Part shown: in pieces, positions 12,201-24,159 of the stretch
Layout of the letters: each line of letters begins with the position of its first letter
Numbering within the stretch: position 1 is the stretch's first letter
Source: Iphione sp. A-MEVVRFRX5
Taxonomy: Eukaryota
Assembly: GCA_976226885.1 (NCBI GenBank)
Contig: OZ320313.1
Span: 136,710,001-136,774,000 of the forward strand
Length of the DNA stretch: 64,000 nt
Direction of reading: 5' to 3'
Notes under the pieces: generated by a model
The model's input: only the letters and a program-made list of their open reading frames with translations
Told to the model about the DNA's origin: nothing
The model's database searches: none
Position numbers and translations under genes: made by a program

Positions 12201-15200
12201 GCCTTCTTGCTTTTAACCAGGTACTGGAGCTTCAGAATCGGATAGCTGGGTTGACGGTGTATGATAGTGAGCTGAAGATGAACATTACGCTACAAGACAT
12301 CTGTTTTGCCCCGCTGTCGCCAGGGAACAAGAACTGTACTATTATGAGCGTCCTGAACTATTACCAGAACAGCAAGGCCAACCTTGATCGCATCATCAGC
12401 GATGGCTTCGACACGATTGCAGACTACATTGACCATTTTAATTACTGCGTCGAGTAAGTTGTGCTGTCTTGTATCTTTCATCACATTCGACTAAATGCAG
12501 AATGTTTGGCTATCAGCGTTTACCAGTTGCTGGGACAGATTATTCACATGAACAAGTTATCAAGCTGAAAAGCCGATGCTTTCCGCCAAATTACTCATGT
12601 GGTGTTTAATACACAACTTTAGGGATGTAGTGATATCGGTGTCAACATTAATACATAGTCTATGAATGCCCAGTTCCGTTATGTTTATATATTTTGCCAC
12701 TGCAAATACCTACAAGAACTACAAATGTCCCTGCAGCTGACCAACTTGTTTATGACTCGTACTATAGAAACAAGTGGCAAGTGCCTGGAAATCATGCATG
12801 TACATCGGTTGCCCGCTGGAGGCATGTAGTGTAAAATGTGGAAGGAATCCAGAGAGCATCCTCAGAGTAACAGGCTTGGTAACTATGTGAACGAAAGGCA
12901 GATTTGACTCCAGTGTTGAGCAGCAACATTACCCTGACCTTCTGATACTGTTTTCGTTGGAGGTCAGTGGACTCGCCTCCATTAGTTGGAACCATGGTAC
13001 ATGCCAGCTGGAGGGCCTTTACTTTCAATCCCGAGCCAGCCTTGAAGGTCGTGCAATCAACAAGGAAATGTGAGGCAAAATCAGTTTGGAGGGGGCAGCA
13101 CAGCCAGCATTGGCGAGGGGAGGGGAGGTGATGCTACAGACTGGGAGCTGGCCTCTACGAAGGTTTTGCAGGGAATGAGGAAAAGGGAGGGAGAGAACTG
13201 GGAGGGAGTAGCCTGGTGATGAGCATTGGGGATGGAGAGGTTAAGCCGGGTACCAGGTGGAACAGCGATGGGAAGGGAGCAGTGCTGGTGGCAGTTAGCG
13301 GGGAATGTCGGTGGTTGTAGATAATGCAGACCTTCCGATTGCAGCTCTGAGCAGGGGCTGCATGAGGACACCACCGTCAGCTCGCTCACCACCATCTGAT
13401 TAGCACTGGGCAGCTGGGCAGGGATGGCTGGGAGGGTGAGAGCTTGCGAGTACAGAACAATCAGCTTGCTTGCCCCCACCCTGATGGACACCAGGCAGCT
13501 GGATGGGTAGGGATACATGAAGGGAAGGCACATAACCTATTTTAGAATATGAAAATATTTCTCATTTGCATATAAACCACACAGATGTATGGTTATGGAG
13601 GGAAACTGCACAAATTGTGGACGTTTGGGGGGGGCACACATTTGCCACAATGTGCTCTCCACCTTGCTGTTCACTGCTGCACCTTCTGCTAGGCTGTGCG
13701 GTTCTAGCATTTCAATACCCTACAGCAAGACCGAGATGCCTCAAATGAATCAAAAGAAATCCTTTAAAACAATCTGAAACTTCATATCTGTTTATCAAGT
13801 TGAAATGGATCAAGCCCACTTTATTTTCTAATTTATTTGGAAGATTTGTAACTTAACTGCAATCCATGTAGTGATTTAGAAAATCCTTATTGCATGCTCA
13901 TGTTCACTAGCGTACAGTATACTCTCTCCATTCCACACACCCTCTGATCTGCTTCAAAACGTCCGCATTTGAGACACGTCCGCATTGGAGATCGGACCAG
14001 GTTTTGTAGGGGGTGTGGGATGGAAGCAATATCCCTTTCTCTCTCTCTCTCTAGTAACATGTGTATACTCTCTGAAACGTCCAAAAAGTGCTGAATTTGA
14101 TGACTTTAAGTCCAAAAAGTGCTGAATTTGATGACTAAAAGTCCAACAAGTGCTGAATTTGATGACTAAAAGTCCAAAAAGTGCTGAATTTGATGACTAA
14201 AAGTCCGAAAAGTGCTGAATTTGATGACTAATAGAGGTGTGAGATACAGTCCCTCCAGGGTGTGAGAGACATCAGAGAGGTCGCCATTGACACTCCATAC
14301 CTCTCCCACCTCCCTCTCCAGGGTGTGAGAGACATCAGAGAGGTCGCTGTTGACGCCCCCAGCAGGTATAGACTGCGAATCGGCCGGTTTAGACTGCGAA
14401 TTGGGGGGTTTAGACCAAGAATAGATTGGTTTAGACTGATTTCAAGGTGTGAATTCGCATTTCAAGGTGTGAATTCAAGGTGTCCAGAGGGAGACGCTCT
14501 CAAAAATTAGCTGTCCTGATTAGAGAAGTCCCCTTATAATGGTTAACAACAGGAAACATTTCCGTTCTGCTTCAAATCGTCCGCATTAGAGATGCGTCCG
14601 CTTCCGAGACGCATCCGCAGGCAGAGAGTGTACTGTATTTACAAATGCATGCACTAGTTTCTAATAATTGGCACAAAGAAGACTCATCCATCAGAAAAAC
14701 TGGTACAAAAAAAATAGGTCTTGTAAGTCACTCTTTGTCATTGCTCTGTGTTTCATCTCTTTCTCTCACAGTTCACCTACGTCAGTTGCGGACACTACCC
14801 AATTGCATCTGCCATGTCTCGCTGCATTTGGTGGGCCTGTTCTACCCTGGGTAGCACTTGGCGGTTACCCTGGTGAGTAAATTACAATCTATATCGCCCA
14901 GCTTTTATTGTTTCTAGTAAAGTAGGAAAATTGTTGATTTGGCATTATGTTATAATGATAGTATACACTTTTTTCAGATCTGTCAATCTCTCTTGCTCTT
15001 GCATACCAGATAATAGAGGACCAATTTCCCTGGTGCATCATGTACAGCCGCCTTACCAACCTACCTGCCTACCCACCCACCCTCCCACCAAAACGACCAC
15101 ACACCCATCTACTTGACTGGCTGACCGACAGACAGACCCACTGACTGTAATCATATTTAACAAAACTAATGTGGAGGTGCTGTGGCTATGTTACAGGGGA

Positions 15201-18200
15201 CAACTATGCAAATGCCACGGCGCTTGTGGTGACATTCACGGTGAACAACTTCCAGAACGACACCTTCCAGAAGATGGCTCTGGCCTGGGAGAAAGGCTTC
15301 CTTGAATTGATCAGCCAGTACAGGAACAAGAATATCTCCATTGCCCACTCAGCTGAGGTGTGTGTACTCCTGGCTTCCACTTTGAGAGCCACACAATTCC
15401 CCTACAAGTACAAGTCTTTATACTGTATTTATCCTCGTGCTTCATGCTGTGTGCAATAACAAAGGGTGGTTCAAGATGAGATCAGGCACAAGAACCGTGC
15501 AGACATATCGACGCTCTGTGAATGTATTGCATGTATTGCATTATTTATAAATTTCATGGCTTAATGTTTCTCTTTGTTCTGCTCTCTCCTATACAGAGGT
15601 CAGTTCAGGATGAGATAAATCGCGAGAGTAACTCGGACATAGCCACCATAGTAATCAGCTATATGGTCATGTTCCTCTATGTGACCCTTATGTTGGGCCA
15701 GTACCACTCGCTACGCACTCTCCTAGTAAGTCTTTTTAACATGAATTACTCTAAATGTTAACTTGAAAGTTAAATTGCATGGCTTTATTCTAAATTTTTC
15801 CTTGTGTAATTCCCGTTTCGCGCAGAAATGTACCATGGAAAACTGTTGTTTTACAATATGGTCTCACGAAGTTGAAATTACTGTATGTGTCCGCAGTTCC
15901 CTATACTGTAGCTCTGCCAATCAAGTCTTCGTACTTTTCTTGAATGTAGGTCTTTTTTTGCTGACGACAAAAGGTCAGTTGACATAATACCAGACAGCAG
16001 AAAGACATTCCTAACCACCAAATGACACACGTTTTATCTTGATGTCAACAATGGAGTCAACATTGTCAGTTGTAGTGAGGAATAGGGAACTGCAGACACG
16101 TATTCAGAGGAGGTCAGACCAACCTGCAGAGTTGTCTTGGTGGCCATCGGACCTCATCTGTATGAGATGGGTAGGCATGCGCCTGTACTCGTCGATGTGT
16201 AGGTTGGCCTACTGTGCCTATCGGGCAGTCAGGATGGGTGCCAAGCTGCATTGCTGGCTGAAGGTGAGGTGGTCAGTATGTACATAGCCACTGGTGTCCC
16301 TGACACCTCCTGCCTCACCACCACCTTCTGATAACCACCTCCCTGTTATAACAGGTATAGACGCAGGTAGGCATAGGCCTGCACTCTCTGATATGTAGGC
16401 CAACCTACTGGGCCTATTGGGCAGTCAATGTGGGTGACGCATCCCACTGCCTGTGGGTGTGGGTAGCTGCAGCTGCATTTTCCTTTAGTGAAATGATTTC
16501 ACTGTGGTGAATGATGGATTAAATTTGATAGCTCAGCAAAGGGACTACCGACATTGTTAAATATTTTTTTTTATAATCTAATATATACATTGTACCTGCA
16601 TTTTTATAGAAACATGACTCACTACCTGAAAAAAAAAGAAATGCCGTGAAACTGTGACCATTTAGTTTGGATCACTCATATATTCCGCATCAAATATGAC
16701 CAGGTTGTTCCCCCTCATTGTTTCTAAACAGGTGGACTCTAAGATTGTCTTGGGCCTGGCTGGTGTGCTCATCGTGCTCTTCTCAGTGTGCTCAGCTGTG
16801 GGTTTCTACAGCTACATTGGTGTGCCCGGAACCCTAATCATCATTGAAGTGGTGCCTTTCCTTGTGCTTGCTGTGGGCGTTGACAACATCTTCATCCTTG
16901 TGCAGGCCTATCAGGTGTGTAGTTAATCCGGAATGAGGGTTCTTTTTCATGGAAGCAACAGATATCACTAAGAAACACCAACAACGATGCATCACTCAAC
17001 ACTGACAATACACACGTGCAACAGTCTCATCAGTTGACCAAATGATGATTTATGGTTGTACTGAAGTAGATTTATATATAAATGTTTTTAGAAGAGTACG
17101 TCGTACTGTATACCATTCGCATTTAATCATTGAGTGGGGAGAGATAAAGAAGTTTGACAAGACAACATTCACTCTGACACTTGATTGATACAATGTAAAT
17201 AAATTGTCAGCGCGAGGAGCGGAGCTCATCAGCTGACATCCCTGAGGTGATTGGCCGCGTGGTTGGCAAAGTTGGCCCCAGCATGCTTCTCACCAGTCTA
17301 TCAGAGTCACTTGCATTCTTCATCGGTAAGCACATTACCCAAAGTAGATGTATTCTTCATCAGTGGATATCTCTCCAACAGTGGCTTTTAGCAAGTGGCA
17401 GTTGCTCATAGCCAGCTACAGCTCAACTTGTCTGTATCATGCTTTGTGGTCTCGATTGTTTTATGCATGGATTTTAGCTGAAGATGCCTCAGTTAAAAAT
17501 ATGGTAAAAAATTGTAATCCAAAACAAGATATAGTACTTTTAAACCGATACACATCATTGCTACTCTTATGTGGTAACAACTATCATTTGGTTAGCTTCA
17601 GAGGCCTATCAACCAGGTAGTCATAGCCTACTATCTTTTTTTTTTTAAATACTATTTTTTTGTGGGTGTTTAAGAATCGACCGCAGGCTGCTTCCGTCCG
17701 CCTGTTTCTGTTCATATATATTTAACTGATATGTTTTATCCCTGACTATAGGTGCAATGACACCAATGCCAGCAGTACGTGTCTTCTCACTGTATGCAGC
17801 CATGGCAGTCCTCTTCGACTTCCTACTACAAATCTCCTGCTTTGTCGGACTGCTCGCTCTGGATGCACGGAGACAGTATGTAAGTATTGACCCTCCCACT
17901 CCTTCCTTCAACACCCTGCCGAACATGAAACTCTTCATTGGCTTACTTGTTAGGGATGAGAGCTAATCACGAACGTTTGTACAAGCTTCTTCTCTGGACA
18001 GAAATCTTTGAGCTAGCCACGTTGTGCCTCCGAATTAAGACTGACTCAGTTGTCACTAATTTTCCAGGGAAGCCATATCCATTTTGATAAACTAGAAGAT
18101 GCCTTGTCAGTTTGGATTTTTCCAAAGTGCTTTTTTGTCTCCTGTCTCATGGAGGGGGGGGGGACCTTAGGAATGCTGCTGGCCAGTTTCCCGACCTTCC

Positions 18201-21200
18201 GTCACACTCTTGTGGGTCATATAACTCTGAAACCCTTCACTCAAAAGAACTGATTTTAATATATATTATTTGTATACATGGCCCATGGCACTGGGTAATT
18301 TTGGTAGTAATTAAAGTATTTTAAAGGTGAAATTATTTGCTAACACACAAACATACCTGGTTTAGGGATTCCTAAGTCTGACAATGCATACACATGCACA
18401 CACACACACACACTTACCAGTACCTCTCTTCTACCAGTATCAGCTTGTAGCAGTCTGGTGCTCAGAACTGGGCAGAACTGAGGGTGGTGTGCTCAGTCAA
18501 GCAGAACCGAGGGTTGTGTTCTCAGTCAGGCAGAATAGAGGGTTTTAAACCTGGAGGATATCAACAAGCCCACCCAACTGCCCCCAAAACAAGGTGCCAA
18601 TCAAGGTGGCTGTAAAGAGACAGCAACACCACACACACAAACACGCACACTGTCTGTCTCTCTCTCTCTCTTTCTCTCTCTATCTCTCTATCTCTCTCCC
18701 CCATCCACCTGGGCAGTTGATGGCGGGGGACAATAGACCTCACAGGTCCACACTCTTGTCGGATTTGGTATTACCACAAACTTTAAAAAAAACTGCCCCT
18801 TCTATCCTGTAACCCGCTTGTCACCATCTGATGTAATGTGTGGTCTTTCTGTTCGTGACACCAGTCAAGGAGGCTCGAGTGCTGTTGCTGTATCCAGCAA
18901 GAGGCAGATCCAGATGAACAACGAGGCTTTGAGAAAGATGATATCCTCTTCATGGTTTTCAAAGAGTACTACTCACGCTTCGTGCTCCACGATGTCGTCC
19001 GCATTCTTGTGGTTAGAGCTTTTTTATCTTGACAATCTCAAAATTTACCCACCACATGTTTGTCATTGACATATTGTTTATTAATAAAAATGTAGGTATT
19101 AGAATTATGCTGTTAACTTAAAGATATAGGTACAGGCATTAGACGAACATGTAATGGATAATTACCAGACTACTGTAAGACCCCATTCAAATGAAGGCCA
19201 TATCTTAATGTTCGTAAGAAGATAAATGTTGACATTTTGTGTTGTTTCCTTATTTCTGTAGATGTTCTTGTTCTTCGGTTGGGCTTGTACCTGTATAGGC
19301 TTAGTCCCCAAAATAGAAGTCGGGTTGGACCAAAAACTCTCAATGCCAATGGTGAGTTGCTTTAGCTTTATGGTGATAACAGTGTTGGTTAAGCTTATAT
19401 AATTGCCCGTAAAAATGCAAAAAAAAATATCTCAGTTCAGTGCCATTTAATACTTGCTATATGTATTCGATGTCGACTTATCTCTCACTCACCTATTTCC
19501 CATTATAATTTTGGCACACACAGGACTCCTACGTATTGACGTACTTTGAAAAAATGAACAAGTACCTATCAGTAGGTGCTCCTGTACACTTTGTCGTGGA
19601 GAAAGGGCACAACTACACCGACACAGAGGGCCAGAACAAGATCTGCGGTGGTAGTGGCTGTCCCGAGTTCTCTCTTTTGGGACAGGTGTACAAGGCCTCC
19701 CAGCAACCCAACAGGTGTGTGCTCACGCTGTTTCTGTCTGCCATATAGGTATACATGAGAAAGTTAAAAATGCTCTTTGACATGGAATTGACCTACTGCT
19801 GAACTGTCAGAAGTGTGTTGCTATTTACCACGTAGGAATGCGTATGTCTAGAGTTCCCCCATCTTTTACCAATGTGTGTTATGTGACTCCATTGTTGCAG
19901 CACACGGATTGCTCACCCGGCCTCCTCGTGGCTCGACGACTACTTTGATTGGGTGGCTCCAGGTGGTAACCCACCGTGCTGTCGCCAGTATAAGAAATCC
20001 AAGCAGTTCTGTCCGTCTACAGGTAAATATTTTGTGAATATGTATCGTTCAATCCACGCAGCTGAAAGTGTAACCCATGCATACTTTTCATGAATTGAAG
20101 AACTCTTTAGCATATCCCACAGTAAATGCCACATATTTTCATAAACTTCAGTATCAGGAGTGGGCAAAGGTGTCTACCTGAGATACAGTATAGGTGGCGC
20201 CACCATAGCCAACCCCACACACTACACTCTCTTTACTTCAGCAGTCACAATCACCCCTGCTCTGCCTGGCTAATATCACGAACAGAGAAGTGCTGCTGGC
20301 ACCCAGACATCTAGCCCCCTCAAAGCTGGCCACCAAATACAACGACTACAGCTCACTAGACCACCAACTACTCTGTGGGACTGAAGCCCACAAACATCAG
20401 AATTGTTCTGGCATAAGCCAAAGAACCCTTGCCCAAAGGGCATAAACTGCAGTCAAGTCAAGTCAAGTCTCTGTGGTCAGACGTCTACACACTAGTCTCT
20501 CAGTTACCTTCTGTCTGTGTTATGCTTATGTGTACTGGATCCCTTTTAGACACCGTGGAACAAAGTCATGACTACATTTCATTGGTAATTTCATGAAATC
20601 TACTAATCAAAGACATCCTTTGCAGGCTTGAAGAAATGTGTTGAAATGTGTAACATGCATACAAATATATTTATATCCATACATGCACTATCTGATTTAA
20701 CCTTATCTTTGATGTAAGTACTGTTTCATATGGCTATGTGAATTATGTGAATTTGGGAAACTTATGGGCATTGCTTAAAACAGAACAATGCACAAATGCA
20801 GGGTCAGACAAGCACATTTATGCAACACAGGTATAGGAACTGTCACATTCATTATAATGTGTATATTCTAAACGCACGAGAGATGCAACACAAACACAAG
20901 TATGAAAAACCAGGGCTAAGTATGGGTATGGTTACCATAAACCTTTAATGCACTAAATTCTCTGCTTGTCTTACCAAAGTCAGCATGTAGTTCAGCTATT
21001 TTGGTATCAGCCTGTGTTAGCAACCGTTTGATTTTGCCAAATTGTCCACACTTCGTTAATCTACGTAAGGAAGCCGTAATGGTTATCTTAAATGCCTTCC
21101 TTTTTGAAATGAGTTCTGACTGGAGATGTTTTGACAGTAGCTTCTAACTGTGCAGCCATCCTTGGTCAACTAAACGAGGTTGCTTTCTAGGTTGTTACGG

Positions 21201-24159
21201 CAATGTTGCTTCCGCCCATTAGGGGGGCTATATAGTGTCCCCGGTCAGAGAGTGAGAGACAGACAGACAGACAGTCAGACAGACAGACAGAATGTGGTCC
21301 TAGGTTTAACCAAACAAAGGGGAGGGTTGTGGTGGTTATGTACTGTTAGTATGGAGTGTACATGTATACATGAATATGTGTAAATATATGTAAACTCCAT
21401 GGCTTTCACTCATGCGGTTCTCTGTCTGTTTATGCTCATAGTAAATGACTCGCACCATGAGCTTTGCGAGGCTTGCCCAGTGTCAGAGGTTGATGGACGG
21501 CCTGTTCGGGAGGACTTCTTGCACTACCTGCCCTGGTATCTAACTGATAATCCTGGCCTCAAGTGCGCCAAAGGGTAAGATAGACAACACCTTCCATATT
21601 TTATCCCATAGATTTTCATACTCGAACCTCACTACAAGAGTAATGGAAACTTAGAAAAGGACCCCAACCAAAATATGGGCAGATAATATGTGAGATGACC
21701 TCACCTGAGCTCATTTTGTCTTCCTGTGCTCCCTTTCGCCAGGGGTCATGCAGCGTACGGTTCAGCTGTGCAGCTGCTCCATAACAAGACAGCAGTAGGA
21801 GCCACCTACTTCCGCACCTACCACACCATCCTGCGCAACTCCAGTGACTACGTCGATGCACTGCGCTGGGCACGCAAGATAGCAGACAACATCACACGCA
21901 CCCTGAACCAATGGCCTGGTCAGAGTGCGTCAGGCCTCAGCAACATTACTGACAGCCACCAACATGAGAAAGTTTTCCCCTACAGGCAGGTGTAGTTTGT
22001 CCCATCTCATAGTAAATCACCTTTGTAAGTGTGAATTGCCAGGTGTACCAAAGTGTCACAGTGCAGCAATGATCCGCAAGACAACAGAGAACACTCCTTT
22101 TGACAAAACGAAATGCAGCATGCTGTTATTTTTATCCTGAAGCCAGTGTATTAACTCTTGTAGAAGTTTTAGCTGAAATACCTATGATTGATAAATATGA
22201 ACATTACGAATGCTCTGTATTAGAGCTTTAACTGAGATACTCAAGCTTCACCTCTTGGTTAATCCCTGTATTTCTTTTTTATTTTACAGCGTGTTCTATG
22301 TGTTCTACGAGCAGTACTTGACTATTGAGCACGACACCATAATCAATCTGACCTGGGTACTGGGCGCCGTCTTTGTGGTGACGATAATCCTTCTCGGCTT
22401 TGACATTTGGACTGCGCTAGTGATCACGTTCACCATCTTGCTGATCATTGCCAACATGCTGGGTATGATGGCGCTTTGGGGTATCAGTCTGAACGCCATC
22501 TCACTCGTCAACCTTGTGATGGTAAGCACAGCCATTTTTAAGAACGAAAAGTCGCTACGCCATATTTGAAGTTCATATGACGATTTTCCTACACCCAAGG
22601 ACCGGCTTTTCCTGTTCACATATCTACATTTTGGCCAGTTGCAGCGAATTCGCTCCCAAGGATGAATTATAGTTGAATCGACATATATGTTTCCTTTTGA
22701 AAATATTGATATGGTATTTGGTATGGAAAGGTAATCAAACTCTGTTTTGATTGATATGACTTTAGGTCAGTGACATGGAACTACTTATTCGCAGAAAGAA
22801 ATATTCAGAGAAATGAAATGTCCCCACAACTGATTAAAATAGTTCACCAGGACGCTGCTTTCATTTTATCTTTTAAAAGAACCTCTTTTATGTGCATATG
22901 AGGGTCCACTAGGGCGCTTCAATGTTTCTGCCTAGTGGAAGTATCACACTAAATAATCACCAAAGTACATGTCATAGTCTATCATTTAGGTGCATTTGTC
23001 TTTGTATCCTTAAGTGCTATAATTTCCTTATGTATGGTTTCAGACGGTGGGTATATCGGTGGAGTTCTGCTCACACATTGCTCGCGCCTTTGCTGTCAGC
23101 ACAGAAACAACTAGAGTGGCACGTGCCAAGGAGGCACTCACTCACATGGGCAGTTCGGTGAGTATTCAATGCTGCTGGCATTAGTTATGAGACCTTGGTC
23201 TTAAAGGGTGGACAGGAATCTTTTTCCTTTGTCTTTACATCATGGTATTTCTATTTGTTATTGGTGTGTGCGCATGTGAGTGTGTATCTGCTGGCGTGTG
23301 TGCTGATATGATTGAGGTTGTATGCTTTATAATTGTACATGCAGATTTTTAAGGATAGATTGAAATCTTTGTCGTCCACGGTTCCGTACAAAATTGATCT
23401 GTGATTTTCAGGAAAACAAAGACTGTATTTAGTATGAGAAGCACGCTGTTGTCTGTTAAGACAATTTTATTCTTTATCCCCATGTGTATTGATCTTTTCA
23501 GGTCCTAAGTGGAATCACATTAACCAAGCTCGGTGGTATCGTTGTGCTGTTCTTCTCCAAGTCGCAGCTTTTCCAAATCTTCTACTTCAGAATGTACTTA
23601 GGAATCGTATTGTTTGGTGCTTCACATGGCCTCATCTTCCTCCCAGTCTTCCTCAGTTACTTTGGTGAGTCACCGCTCAACTTTCTTGTCGATACCAATA
23701 ATACTTTCTTCAGTCCATTACCTCTAAAGAAATATCCACCGCAGGCTAGCTGGAGTGGTTTGTGAAATGTATACATTCCATTTTTTATTGGGGGGGGGGG
23801 GGGGTAGAGATTTGAGCTTTACTAACTGCTAAGAAGACTGACTTATGGGGTCTCTGCGACTTGTGTAAATGTTACATGCACTATATCTGCCGTTGATTTC
23901 CCCAGGCCCAAGTGTCAACAAGGCCACCGTGCTACGGAAGCGTGACAGTGGCAACTTCTCCAGGCCACAGGTCACTAATGAGGATGAGGATGATGATATG
24001 TACGGTGTGCCACACATTGACCGTGCACCTATCCTACGGAGTGCTCAGCCTCCAGGCTATGACCAGTTGTACAACCAGCCGGAGGAAAGTACTACCACCA
24101 ACAACCTACCCCAGCAGCAGCCTAGCGACTCCCGAAGTAGTACCTGTGTTGTACAATAG
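9241..24159 (+). CDS. NPC1: Niemann-Pick C1-type lysosomal cholesterol transporter (5'-partial, signal-peptide exon not located; ~1350 aa from the visible exons)
   Basis: Frame-consistent exon chain: 9241-9415, 10233-11241, 11829-11958, 12221-12453, 14772-14872, 15197-15357, 15597-15725, 16732-16914, 17211-17325, 17752-17879, 18865-19011, 19262-19351, 19524-19714, 19901-20022, 21442-21574, 21743-21985, 22290-22521, 23044-23157, 23502-23664, 23906-24159 (sum 4053 nt, stop TAG 24157-24159). All introns GT-AG except one GC-AG. Hallmark motifs: [37 protein letters not shown], sterol-sensing domain [90 protein letters not shown]1 vs NPC1L1 orthology not tested. Confidence 0.96.
11708..11827 (-). 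repeat. Inverted copy of the 6022-7149 repeat unit, ending at the NPC1 exon acceptor
   Basis: 11708-11827 is the reverse complement of 6022-6141 with only a few mismatches; preceded by a 424-nt N gap (11284-11707). Confidence 0.92.
13915..14635. mobile_element. Non-autonomous Tc1/mariner/pogo-type MITE (721 bp) carrying minisatellites
   Basis: TIRs CAGTATACTCTCT / AGAGAGTGTACTG (12/13 match), TA on both flanks (13913-13914, 14636-14637); CTGCTTCAAA-CGTCCGCATT blocks near both ends. Confidence 0.75.
14079..14231 (+). repeat. 31-bp minisatellite x5
   Basis: Unit GTCCAAAAAGTGCTGAATTTGATGACTAAAA starting at 14079, 14110, 14141, 14172 and 14203. Confidence 0.95.
15463..15591 (+). pseudogene. Dead tandem duplicate (pseudo-exon) of NPC1 exon 15597-15725
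   Basis: Ungapped 129-nt alignment to the next exon: [18 protein letters not shown] vs [18 protein letters not shown], same-register CTCCTA end, acceptor CAG reads CAA, in-frame TAA at 15562-15564. Confidence 0.8.

Noticed and set aside
13081-13533. 150-aa antisense ORF in an NPC1 intron
   Set aside because: Pro/Ser/Gln low complexity from a G-rich degenerate repeat; no domain or splice support.
18095-18150. [14 protein letters not shown] resembling the human NPC1 CLFRFFKNSYSP segment (second pseudo-exon?)
   Set aside because: Short, embedded among stops, and no register match to the real exon 18865-19011; not distinguishable from chance by eye.
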